64,000 bases of DNA from Lama guanicoe (Eukaryota), in assembly GCA_013239625.1 (NCBI GenBank), contig MU053934.1, forward strand, positions 7,523,352-7,587,351, written 5' to 3'. Shown here piece after piece: positions 51,801-64,000 of this stretch. Below the pieces are notes generated by a model, which was not told the DNA's origin, made no database searches, and was given only the letters and a program-made list of their open reading frames with translations. Each line of letters opens with the position of its first letter. The stretch's first letter is position 1. The translations under genes and the position numbers were made by a program.

Positions 51801-52756
51801 TGTCCAGTAACCATGGGAACTTGAACAGACTAGGGGAGGGGACTCCTGGAATGTGGGTTCTGGCCTGGTACCTCCGGCCATGGACACTTAGAGGGCTGCT
51901 GGGCCCAGTTTCTAGGGAGGCTGCAGGGTTGAGGGGAGTGGGCAGAAGAGGAGGGGACTATCCAGCATTGTGTGTGTGGGGGGCGTCTGACCTTATCCGT
52001 CTGAGTCCAGAACCTGTCTTTAATTGAATGAAAATAATTCTCTATTATGATCTAACTCTAACAAGCCAAAAAGCAGCAGTTGTTTTCTGACTATAAAAGT
52101 CATACATGTAAATTGTGGAGACCTTACAAAATGTAAAAATAAATGAAGGAGCACCTGATAAAGGGTTTGGGAGCTGCTTGGTGCCAAGTGAGCACTCCAC
52201 GTGTGCGAGTTTTCGCCCTCAGCTTCATTGTCCAGGTTATCCTGGCGAAGGGCCTGGAGATAAGTGTGTCATGATGTGCTGTGTTCCCTCCAAGTCCTTT
52301 TCCACATATATAAACACACCCAGTCTTAATCGTAATTACCCTATGCACTATTTTCAACATGCATGCTTTTTCCCCCCTGAGATTCACCAAGCCAGAAAGC
52401 TCTGATGAAGCTTTCCTACTGACCCTCTGCCCTTTGATTATACACTGTGGATTATGAGCGAGAGCACAGACAGCTGCGCAAAGGAGCTTGTTAGAGGTGG
52501 ACGGAAGGACTTTGCAGGTGAACAAAGCACAGGGGGAGGGGAAGTCCCCAGATAAGGTGTCTGTTCAAGGCTCAGTTTGGGGGAAGTGGAGACTCTGTGT
52601 CTGGCCAGACCACAGAGGGAGGGGCTGGAGCCCCCGATGTGACTGTGTCTCTGGTGTGTGGGAGGGCATCATGGGCAGGGATGGCCTCTCAGCTGCCCTG
52701 CCAGCCCGGACACTCGTGGGTAAGACACATTCACTCTTTTTATTGTACAACCAAAT

Positions 52757-52910
52757 TCTTTTATTATTATTACTTTTTAAATTGAAGTACCATCAGTTAC
52801 AATATGCCAATTTCTGGTGTACAGCACGATGTCCCAGTCATGCATATACACACATATACTGGTTTTCACATTTTTCTCATTAAGGGTTATTACAAGATAT
52901 TGAACATAGT
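52757..52910 (-). mobile_element. Very short LINE-1 3'-end fragment
   Basis: TTGAAGTA...TTTCTGGTGTACAGCA...GGTTATTACAAGATATTGAACATAGT resembles the extreme 3' ends of the other L1 copies here. Confidence 0.75.
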
Positions 52911-53139
52911 GAGTAGGTCTGGGAAGGGCCAATCTATTCCAGTCCTCTTATTTTACACATGGGGAAACTGAGGCTCAAAGTGGGGAGAAGAAATGGCAAA
53001 TAATTGGCAAAGGCAGAACTGAGAAACGTTTTTTACTTTTGTACCACAACTTGTAATTCCTGTCCATTTCTGCCCTGTTCCTTGTCTTAAAAAAATACTT
53101 GAAAGAATATCAGTGTTATAATTCTTGCTGTTGAGAAGG

Positions 53140-55180
53140 TACAGGGACACATGCCAATTAGCCAGTGTAGATTGCTATAACCTCACGGGAAGGCAGTTTG
53201 GCAAAATCTATCAAAACTTTTAATGCCAAGGTCCATTCACCAAGCAATTCTGTTGCCTAGAATTTTTCCTACAAATACATTCACACATGTATGCAAAGAT
53301 GTATGTACAAGGATGCTTACCACAATACTGCTTCTTATACCTCAAACTGGAAAATAAAAAAAAGGAACCAGCAACTCTAAATGCCTTTAAATGGGGACTG
53401 GTTACATAAATGTTTCTACACCCACACATAGAGTATTACAGAGCCACAAAAAGGAATGGAATCGATCAATTTATATGCCCACTAACAGTGTTTGAGAATG
53501 ACTGTTTCCCTATGAACTTAGGTATTTTCAAACTTTAAAATTTTGTCCAATTGATAGGTAAAAACGAGTATTTTATTGTTTTTACTTACATTATTAATTA
53601 TTAGCGAGAGTGAACATTTTTCCTATAGTTATGATTCATTTTAAATTCTTCATCTGGGAATTTCCCTTCAATACACAGCTTTTGCCCGTTTTCCTGTTAG
53701 GGTTTAAGTCCTTTTCTCACTTGTACGAGCATGTTTTAAACAAAGGCAATCAATCCTATGAAATGACAGTCCCTGTTTGGCTTTTGTCATTACTTAGCTT
53801 ATGCTTTTTTTTTCACCCAGAGATTTAAAAATTTTTTGGAAGTATGTTTTTTTAACTTTGAATTTTTGGTACAAAAGATTAAAAAAAAATAAGCAGTTGG
53901 ATCAGTTTTCCTTTCCCTGTGTAATTTCCTCGATCATTTTAAAGCCCGGAAGGGTCTCACCCCTCCAGGGGCTTGGTCAATATGACATATTTTTGGCCAG
54001 TCTTTCTAGGATCTGATTTGCTTCATAAATAATTGATTCTTCAGTATTTGTGAAATGGATTAAAACTTGTATTTTTCTTCACATGTTCTCAAGTTTATTC
54101 AGCTTCCCTCCCATTGTTCATAAGCTGGAGAAGACACTGTCACCATGGTCTGAGTTATTTTATGCAGGAAAGACTGTTCCTCTGTTCTCCGTTAATCATG
54201 TGTTTTGATATCGGAGGGAGCTTATTCCTCATCTCTTTGAAACTCATCTTTGGACTCCCCTCTCATTTATTTCCTCCAATGAATTTGATTATAGCTTGTG
54301 GATATCCTGCTTAGAAAGATCTTTCCTTTCTGAGATTATGAATTATTTCACCTCTGTTTTCTTCCAGAATTTTTATGGTTCAATATTTTTTGTTTAAATC
54401 TTGGCTCCATCTGGAATCTGTCTGGGTATAAGGGGTGAGGTAGGGATTCAATTTAATTTTTCCTGGGTGGCTGACTCCCCACTTATCACAATGCCCTGCT
54501 TTCACTAATACATCCATTCCCTCTGATACAAAGTGCCTCCTTCTTTGCCGATGCTGAATTCCCACATCTATTTCCACAGACTTTTGTGCTTCAGGCTGGG
54601 CTGAGCAGCTAGCTCTTTTCCAACACTAAACTTTAAAAATTATTGTACTCTCATTACACGTTTTAACATCTGGTAAAACCAGCCCCCCTTCATTACTTTT
54701 GTTTTTCCTTAGAATTTCCCTGGCTGGTCTCACATGTTTATTTTTCCAGATGAAATTTGGTATCATTTTGTCAAGTTCCAAAAAAATAAAAGAAAATAAA
54801 AGCCCTGTTGGTTTAAGGCCTTTCTTACCAATGAGTCTAGTTTTTGTTTTTTTTCCCCCCTTAGATTGTTGTTATTAACCCTTTGCCACTCATTTGATTG
54901 TTAGTCCGTTTTTCTCCCTGCTAATTTTTTCCTGTGGTACAGAAGATTTTTTTGTTTTTATATAGTCAAATCCTTCTCCTTTCCCTTAAAGAGTCCTCAG
55001 TGATTTTTAAAGTTTGGAAACATCTCATTACTCTAGAGATCTGGTCAATGTTTACTTATACTTTTGGCCAGTCTTCCTAAGACCTGCTTTGCTTTGGAAA
55101 CCACTTTTGTGGTCAGTATATGTGAAAGATGGGGAGAATGCCTCAAAATGGACGTATTTAATGTGCTATATCTTCCATTG
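53140..55180. mobile_element. Mosaic of ancient L1M fragments (mostly minus strand)
   Basis: T-rich decayed sequence. ORF 54380-54577 contains KIKLNPYLTPYTQTDSRWSQDLN, an L1 ORF2 motif. Confidence 0.65.
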
Positions 55181-57229
55181 TTCTTTGTCTACTCAAGACA
55201 ACTTTATCCTGTGTGACCAGAAGCCTCCTCTCTCCCCATTCCTTTCCATCCACGTCTGCTCTGCTGTTTTATCCAGGACTTAACCATTTGCTTTAACACC
55301 TGAGAGGGCTGGTTGCTGACGTTTCTCAGACTATTCCTTGGATTTCTCACCCTTCTTTTTCCCAAGATACCCTAGCCTGCATGATTCATTTGGTCCTCAC
55401 AAGAACCCTGTGAAAGTGGCTAGAAGCATTAATTCCATTGAATGAGTGTCCCCCTGGGCTGAGAGAGGCTAAGGGACAGACTAGATGAATCACGGTTGTC
55501 ACAGCTCCGAGGGAACAAAACTGATCCTTTAGGATCTGAAATTCCCCTTAGGAAGCGAATTTTCTGGTCAGCAGCAGCTTTGCTTGTTGAGTTTGACACG
55601 AAGCAGCGGGGGAATGTGTTTGCAGCAGGCATCCGACACTGTCTCACGGATCAGAGGGCTGTCACCTGGGAATCTCCAGTGAAGCTGCCATCCACCACTG
55701 TGAGTCAGCGTGGCGGCATTGGGAGGAGGGGGCTGGGAGTCCCCTCTGGGCTGGGTTTGGGTCACGAGATGGGATGAGGTTTCCTGCATGCCTGAGGCAG
55801 CCCCCCCGGGTGGAATCTACTTTGTCTCTGTGACCTCAGGTTCTGGGGGTCTCTCTTGAGGGCCCAATGTGTCAGCCTGTGTCCATGTCATTAATGTGTG
55901 TGGTGACAGCCCTCGACAGCCTGGCTTCTTTCAGGGAGTCTGGTCCTGAGAAGAGGGGCCAGGCCGAACATCCCTGGGAAGAGCCCTCATTTGCAACTGA
56001 TACTGAGATGTCAATACCAGCAGCCCCTGAACGAGCTGGAAGGCTGATGCAGATGGGGTCTCGGCAGGCCATTCCCTGATGGAATCTTCCACCAACCTGC
56101 CCCCCCCCCGCCCCCGGCAACTCGCCCTGGGGGGCGGGGGGCGGGGGGCGGGGAATGGTCCCAGTGGTGCTAGAGGACTGGAGGGGCGTCTCCCAGGTCA
56201 AAGGCAGAGTCACAGGGGAATCAGACTCTCCGCCCGGCCCTGCCCTGGCAGCCCAGGCTGGCAGGCTCTGTCTAGGATCAGGGGATTTTGTTTACTCTTT
56301 TTCTTTGTTTTCAGCTTGTATTTTGATCCGACTTCTTCAGGCAAATAGTTCTACAAGATTTGTTAAGAGAAACAGCAGTTGCCAGCTGCTGTCCCAACTC
56401 CCCATACGCCCTCCCCAGAGGCAATTATTTCACCTCCATCAAATAATGATTTCGGTCTTTACCTCCATGCCTCTGGGACTGCATCTTGATTTCTGTAGTT
56501 ATCGGCTTTATCGGCTGACTTATCCTGGAGGGCAAGGATTTCGCTGTTTCCTGCCGCATCCCCACTGCACACAGCTTCCCATGTCCTCAGGCCTCCCCGT
56601 GTATTCTGAGAATGCCAGCCACCTCTGTTTTCAGTAATTAAGGGCATGAGCTCTGGAGCCACTCGCCTGGGTTCCAGCCCTCCTTCTGCCGCTTACTGGC
56701 TGTGTGATCCCGGACTCGTTACCCACCCTCTTGGTTGATAGTCCCCTGCCCAGCCTTGCTGGGCTGGAGCTTTAAAGGAGTTAGTCCATATAAAATGCTT
56801 GCTTCAAACAGGGCCTGATGGAGAAGATGCTCACGAGTGTTAAGAGGAAGAGGAGGCTGTATCTCTGACAACCTTCGCTGCACAGTGGTACCCCTGCCCC
56901 CGCTAATAATTGTCTTGTTTCTCCTTTGCTTAGTTTCCTATGCATTTGTTGCTAATTCATTGCAGAACTTGATTCGGGGGAGTTTCAGATGCACCAGGCC
57001 TTCTCCACTTTTAGAGGAGCCTGGGCCTGATGAACTAGGACCCCCAGGCCCAGGGCCGGGCTGCTGTCCTGGGGCCTCCCTGTCCCAGCAGCCTGGGGAT
57101 ACCACTTGCCTTTCTCCAGTTTCCTGTGCCCCAGGTTTTCCTCTTTCTTGATCTACCCCCTCATGCTGGTGAAGCATCTTGTCTAGGAATCTCCTGAGAA
57201 AGCGTGTAAGGAAAGTATTATTCGAGGGA

Positions 57230-57817
57230 ATTATGTTGGATGAAGCAGCCATAGAAGCACTGAATTAGCCAATACTGAGCCATTGCTCCTACAAGAGACA
57301 CTGGGTTAGGTTCCTATGAGTCTGTGGTCACAGCGTTTTCATCAGCTGATCAGTACCTAACCTTGCTTAATGGATGGTGTATGTGTCTTTTCTGTGTGAC
57401 AACACCTCTGCCACTGATTCATGAACATTCAACTCCAGGCCAACAGCACCACAACTCATGCCCGAACAAAGCTGATCTGACACACGTATTTTCTCCAAAA
57501 GGCACCTCACAGTCCTCTTGTACTTGGGAACACTGGACAATCCTTCAGCTCTCTGCTTGGAACCACTTTAAACAGCAAAATTGCCAACAAAAGCACAACA
57601 AAATGTGACACTAAATAGATTGCAAAAAGGACATGTTTACAGTGGGAGAGCCGAGGCAGAGTGCCGCCTGAGGTGGCTCAGATTTTTTTTTTGCCATTCT
57701 GTGTATGTCTGTGAATGACCACAAATACACCTCAACTGATTTTGAGGTTACAGATACGTTTTAGCGAGTTCGTGACTTTGCTAATAAGGAATAGGTGAAT
57801 AATGAGGATTGACTGTA
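57230..57817. mobile_element. Tigger3/MER7-like TcMar DNA transposon remnant
   Basis: AGCACTGAATTAGCCAATACTGAGCCATTGCTCCTA...GAATAATGAGGATTGACTG|TA terminus (recalled consensus). Confidence 0.7.
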
Positions 57818-58274
57818 AATGTGTCAAGACGGTGTATGTCTACAGATAATTTCATTTCACCCTCACGTTGGACCGCTAGCTTGTCTGGGTGAAGAAATCG
57901 AGCTTGGAAATACTTTTCCTTCAACATTTCACAAGGCATTGCTCCTGTGCTGCCAGCTGCTCATGTTGTCAAGAGGTCTGAAGCTATTTTGGACCCTCGA
58001 GGGTGACCCTTTCCCTCTTGGAAGGTAGTGGGATCTCTTCTTTGTCCCAGCGTCTTGAGTTTCATGAGGATGTGCCCTGCTCTGAGTCTCTTTTTGCACT
58101 TTGCCCAGAGGAATACTTGGTAAGTCCTTATAATCTATACATTTAGATCCTTTTGTTTGAAAAAATTCTCCAAATTGTTGATGAAGTCCCTGTTTCCATT
58201 TCCTCTGGTCTGTCTTTCTGGAACTTTTATCAATTGGATGTCATACTCTTGGAGTGTCCCATTTTTTCCCCTCC

Positions 58275-58846
58275 TGTATTAGTCAGCGTTCTCTGGAGAA
58301 AGAGAACCAGTAAGATCTGTCTTTACCTCCATCTCTGTATCCTATTCGTTCTGTGTCTGTATCTATAGCTACATCTATACATCTCATTGGTTCTATGTCT
58401 CTATCCCTTTATCTCTGTATATCTATCCATTTGTCTATCTACCCATCCATCCATCCATCCATCCATCCATTTATACTCATGAAATTATGGAGGCTAAATT
58501 ACACGATTCACTGTCTGCAAACTGGGTACCCAGTAAAGCAGGCGATGTAGCACCGGAGGCTGGTGGAAGTTCCAGCCCCTGGCTGGGAGATGATTGATGC
58601 CTCAGGTCCAGCAGTCAGGCAGAGAGAGCAAATTCTCCCTTCCTCCACCTTTTTGTTCTATTCAGGCTCTCAGAGGATTAGATGAGACCCACCCGCCCCA
58701 CACTGGGGAGGACAATCTGCTTCACTTGGTCTCCAGATTCAAATACTAATCTCACCCTGGAAGCACCCTCACAGACACAGAAATAACGTTTAGCCAAACA
58801 CTGGGAACCCTGGGATCCTCTCAAGTTGCCACATAAAATGAGCCAG
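58275..58846. mobile_element. MLT2-type (ERVL) LTR with internal (CCAT)n
   Basis: Starts TGTATTAGTCAGCGTTCTCTGGAGAAAGAGAACCAGTAAG and ends CAAGTTGCCACATAAAAT. Confidence 0.75.
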
Positions 58847-61800
58847 CGTCCCTCCTTGTCCCATCTTCATCCTTTTGCTCTCTGATGTGTCTTCAAATGT
58901 ATAATCCAGCTCTTCCCCTGAGTGTTTGAATCGCTGCTTTTGTTTTCATTTCAAGGGCTCTTTCCCCTCATGTTCATTTTTCAGTAGGTCTTGTTCTTCT
59001 TTCATGGATATCTTCTTTTCTTCCTTCTCTAAGAATGTCTTTGTAGGTTTTTTTTTTTTTAAGTTTTTCTCCCCTCAAATAGTCTTTTCCTTCCAAGTTG
59101 CTTTTCTCTGCTTGATTGTTGCCTTCTCTTCACCGTCGTGTGCCTTGCTCTCCTTGCGTACCTGAGCATCCTTGGCTGTCTGCTCACGGGCACTGAAGAG
59201 GGGCTCGTCTTCCTGAGGGTGTGGGTGGGATCTGGTGACGTGGCTTCTCTGAGTCATTTGGCCTGGTATTTCGTCCGGGAAATGTTAATGTCTGTCTTTA
59301 AAGCTTTCCCTCTTAGTCTGGTCAAATTCCTCTTCCAATCTCTTGCTTGGAGGGTGAGGGCCACGCAGCTAGTGTTCCAGGACACGGGTGGGAAACTCTG
59401 AGGACACTCAATATCCCGTCTATACGGTCCTGACGGTCTCTGTCCTGCCTTCTCCGGCATAAACCCCCCAGGCTTGCTGGTGGGGGCTTGTCCCTTGGTG
59501 GCCTGAATTGAGGAAAAGATTCTGGTTTTTTTAACTATTTCTTGAACAGATGACGGATCAGTCTTCCTCCTTGTTTTAGCCGAGCCCCAGTCACTTCCTG
59601 GTACCACCCAGGCCGCGAGCATGTTGGGGATTCATGACGAAGTCCAGTCAGTCTTAACTCTCTTTGGCTCCTTCACCTGTGAAGCCAGTCCATCTGCTCT
59701 TCAGCTCCTAAATGTGGTTGCTGCACCTCCTCCCCAGTCCTTCCCATTCTTCCTCATTTCTGGCTTCCAAAAAGTCCCTTTGCTGCCTTTTTCACAGGGT
59801 TTGGCGAGGGGAGAGGCACGTGCAGGTGTTTACTCTGCCGCCTCTATTGGAAGCCCCCGTTGATTTCTTTCAATGTCTGGCCCCTTCGCCTGTGAGCCCC
59901 CTCGGGATACAGAGTGGTCCAGTTTCTTTCTGAGTGCCCTGGGTGAGCACAGGACCTGGGCTCAGGAAATGTCACCTTGATGATTGAGAAGAGAAAAGCA
60001 GGTCGACCTTCCCACCAGGGAGGTTGATCTCAAGCCAGGAGGTCTGACTTCAAACCCCTGCTGACTTCCTGGCATTGGACAAGTCATTTTATTTCTCTGT
60101 ACCTCGGTTTCTTCACCTGTGAAATGGGTATACGGAGATTACCTCACCAAGTCGCTATGAAGCAGAAGCCAGAAGATATGTATGAGGGCGCTGAGTGAGC
60201 CCAAGGCCACTTTCAATGTTGAGCTAATGGTAATTGAAAAGTATGACCACGGTATCAGAAATAGGTAATGGGGAAAAAAAACACAGGAGTGGAAGTCTGT
60301 AAATTTTATAAATTTGACATCTTCCAATCTTACACATATTTCTAGAAATATTCTAGAAAGTAGAGCGAAAAAGGCCAAAGATGGAAATAGGAGGGGTGAC
60401 GGCTCATTAGCTCTCCTGGGCCATCACCTTGGTTCTGCCCTTGCTTTTTGAAATAACTTCCCCTCCCAGTTTAATTTCTTCTCCTCCATCACCACCACCT
60501 CACACGTGCTGATAACAGTAAAAATGCAGCATCTGTCACCCAGCAAACACTTAGTCTGCTCCAGGAGCTCAACAAACACTGTGATTCTATATAATTACGT
60601 GTGTAATTCTATTTGATTGTTGTGACAACTGATAAGGTAGGTTTATTAGCATCACTTCTCTTTTACGTTCAGAAAATGAAGACTCAGTGTAAGCGACTGG
60701 CTCCAGTCCTGGAGCCGAGAAGAAGTCAGGAAGCCCTCAGGCCCGGCTTTGTCCCACGCGCGACTTTGCCTTTTGCTTCTGAGCTCCGCTGTCACTGGGG
60801 CCTTTGGGGCCTCCCCAGCGCCAGTGTTTCTGCGATTCTTCCCCAGCCCTGAGGCCACATGTTCCCGGGCTGCGAGGCTGCCTCCCGTTATAACTTCTTT
60901 CTGACCCTCGTTTTCACTGGTTTTACATCACGAGTGTTTTAAAGGTGTTTTCTTGTCAAGTTAAAATACACTTTCACGAGGTTGGCAGATCCGATGTAGA
61001 CTTTAAACACTGTTTGGCTTGGCACAGCTTCCAAATGTCTCCCCGCCACTGTTGCTCTACACTGCTTTTTGCCAGGACCCAGATCAGAAATAACTCAGCT
61101 GTGAAAAAAAAAAAAATACAAGCTTGGCAGCAGCGCCTTAAAGAAGATGAAGTGCTGGTGGATTATTTTTTCCCCTTGAGTCACAAGTGTGAAGGTAGGT
61201 GGGAGAAGGAGCAAGGTTTTGAAAGACCTGTGTATATTTAGGTACCAGGATTAGTTCCATTTTAAGAAAGACGAGGGCTGAGGCATCCGTGCTCCATCAG
61301 ACAGGCCCAGCCCATTCTTTGCCAGGCTCCGATGCCCATGGGTCGGGACTTCTGGTTGCGCTTGCTGAAATCCACAGGCCCCACACTGGGTTGGTCTGAC
61401 TCCAGTTGGCAAGAAGTATTTTCATTTTGTGGCATGAAAACTTTTTTCTCCTGATCGGTTTGGAAGCTTTCTGTGACCATATCCTGGTTGAAATGTGGTT
61501 CTAACCTCCAAGGTAAAGCCATGATTCACAGCGAGTGATGTGCAAATATCTTGCAGAAATGCCATCGTTGCTTTCGACACCTGGGAGAGACCATGAGGCA
61601 GGGCTGTACTTGAAACTCATAGATGGTGTAACTGACGCAGGTCGGGTGTTGTGATGAGGGCTGGTTTGCTCATTCAGCTTTCTCCACACATTTCTCAGAT
61701 GTCTTCATTATTCTGTGCCCACATCAGGACTAAGAACACTGTGCCTCCCTTCCTCTTGGCCCTTGAGGAGCCGTCTTCTTGAGGGGAAAACCACACAATG

Positions 61801-62559
61801 GCCACAGCAACAACCACCACAACAAGCCCACGGGTACTCACACTGTGGCTGTGTTAACGGAGAAGAACAGGTTAAAAGCCAGAGTAGGTTCTGGAAAGAG
61901 AACTTCAGTTCCTGTCTCTCTGCCAGTTGAGATACCTTTAACAGCTCCCCTGGCTGTGATGAACATGCTGGATAAAATATTTTTTTAACTTTTTTTTTTT
62001 ACACATTGCTGAGTTGGTGTGAAAGTGGGGAAATGATGGATCTTCGGAATGAAGTGGAGGTGGTGGGAGCCTTTGACCTTGTTTCCATAGCCGCGTGAGA
62101 GGCAAAGAACAGGAGCTAAACGCCAGGCGCCACTCAAGGGGGACATCTACCGGGGGACGCGCCTGCGCTTCAAAGTGTGAGTTCAGAGGTCTACGTCCGG
62201 GTGTAAGGAGAGAACGAGAAGCGAGTCTCACCCTGTAGAAGAGACAGAGAGGAAGCCTTCCTGTTCTGACCTTGACAGTGGGTTGAGAGAGAGAAAAATC
62301 TCCCTCGAGACTTTGTAATCACAAGCTGGCCCTCACATACTTTTCAGTGTAAATTCACTCTACTTGTGTGGTTCAAACAAACTCAAGTGGGGAATTTGAA
62401 GTGGCCCCTGCTTGGTCATACCCCGAGTCAACTGGCCGAAACTACCCTGTGACTCCCTTGAAGAATCTGGCTACATGTCAGCCTTGTAGAACGTCCACAA
62501 ATGCAGTTCCAAGGAAAGAGAGAAGCTCAGAGTGAAAAAAAATAATAACCTTCCCAGGG

Positions 62560-64000
62560 AGAAAAAAGAGAACCAGCAGAAACAAGGGACAGTAGAAATG
62601 GATCCTTTAAAATGTGAAATGATCGTATGCAAACTACAGACAAGTTTAAAGAAATATTTTTGTGTTTCTAAAGAAATCAAAGAGGAATTTGGAAACATGA
62701 ACAGGGAATCAGAGACTGTGGTGAATAGCCAGATTTGAAAAAGAACCCAAGAAAATGGCAGAAATGAGACATACAAGATTTGTAATCTGAAACTCAATGG
62801 ACAGACTGAACAGTAGACTAGATACAGCCAAAGAGAGGATTAACAAACTAATGGAGACACCAGGAATCACCCAGAAGAGCAGGGTGAGAGGGCCTAGGGT
62901 ACCTCTATTCAGAGTTCTAGAAGATAATGGAAAGGAGGAATAGGCAATATACGAGGAGATAATGGCTTGTAGTCTTTAAAATTGTTGTCGATACCATACC
63001 TCAGATCCAGGAAGCCCAGTGAATCCAAAGTAAGGTAAAGCAAAAGAAATCTACATCCAGACACATGACAGTAAAACTGTGGGACGTCAAAGAAAAAGAG
63101 GAGATGCTAAGAGCATCAGAGAAAAAGAGATGATCTCTGAAGGATTTACAGCTGACTTCCCACCATCATCAATGGAAGCCAGAAGACGGTGGCATTGTAT
63201 CTTCAATGTACTGAAAAGAAAATGGCCATCAGCTTAGAGCTCTATGCTAGCCTTCAAGAGTGAGGGAGAAATCAAGACATATGCAGACAAATAAAAACTG
63301 TGAGAGTGTACCACCAAGAGACCTCACTAAAGAAAAGTCTAAGTGTAATGTACTTCAGGCAGAATAAAAATTATTCCAGAGGAAAGATCAGATACATAAG
63401 AAGGAAAAAATGTGCAAAAAAAATTGGCAAATATTTGGAGAGAAACTATATAAAAAAAAAGGAAGAACTGGATGGCTTCACAATAATATCTAATTTATGG
63501 TAGGAAAAAAATAGGCTGGTACTGAAATACTAAACAACACCATATAATTTTGGAAGGGATGGTCAAAGTGAAAGTTTTCAAATTCCTTGAATTACTCGAG
63601 GAGAGGGCAAATGTATTGATTAAGTTTAGAGTTAGTTGAGTGCTCAGTGTTCAAACGGCTAGGGTAGGCATGAAATAATTGACACAGCCTGTATACTTTC
63701 TAAACAATTAAAAGGAAAAATGAGGATAAGAAAAAGAAGATAAAAACCCCAAATGAGTGAAAGGAAGGTAAGTAATGGGGCTGAGGGCAGGAAAGGTTAG
63801 AGTGAATAGAAAATTAGACTATAGAGATTAACCTTGATATTAACTAATATCAACTATTAGTAATACATGTAAAAGGACCAGACGCTTCAGTTCAAAGAAG
63901 ACTGTCAGCCTGGATTTTAAGAAACATCTAGATTCTGTTCTGTTACAGGAGATACAGCTGAAACATAAGGACCCAGAAATGCTGAAAGTCCAAGGATAGA
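62560..64000 (+). mobile_element. Ancient decayed LINE-1 (ORF1 remnant, then start of the ORF2 endonuclease region)
   Basis: A-rich plus strand with ORF1-like motifs (AACTCAATGGACAGACTGAACAGTAGACTAGATACAGC; CAATGGAAGCCAGAAGACGGTGG) and a degenerate endonuclease motif near 63940 (TTACAGGAGATACAG, LQE). Confidence 0.75.

Overview
Mammalian genomic DNA, not microbial. A tRNA-derived Vic-1-like SINE and the L1 3' ends suggest a camelid, which is an inference. The window holds the 5' part of SCUBE1 on the minus strand: a CpG-island promoter and coding exon 1 (signal peptide, 37962-38049), exon 2 (34274-34405) and exon 3 (16619-16747), the last two each encoding a calcium-binding EGF-like repeat. 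All three have canonical GT-AG junctions in phase 1, and no further exon was found in 1-16618. The rest is intron and about 25 kb of upstream sequence with L1, L2, MIR, MLT and DNA-transposon remnants and microsatellites. Two features stand out. First, a near-perfect 79-bp tandem duplication of the SCUBE1 start-codon/signal-peptide segment places a second strong-Kozak ATG out of frame upstream of the real one, predicting a 58-aa overlapping uORF that stops in exon 2. Second, a young SINE has its middle replaced by a 44-bp copy of sequence lying 1.6 kb away. I found no multi-gene novel system. Nearly all ORFs in the track are spurious, and repeat family names come from recalled consensus sequences and need RepeatMasker confirmation.
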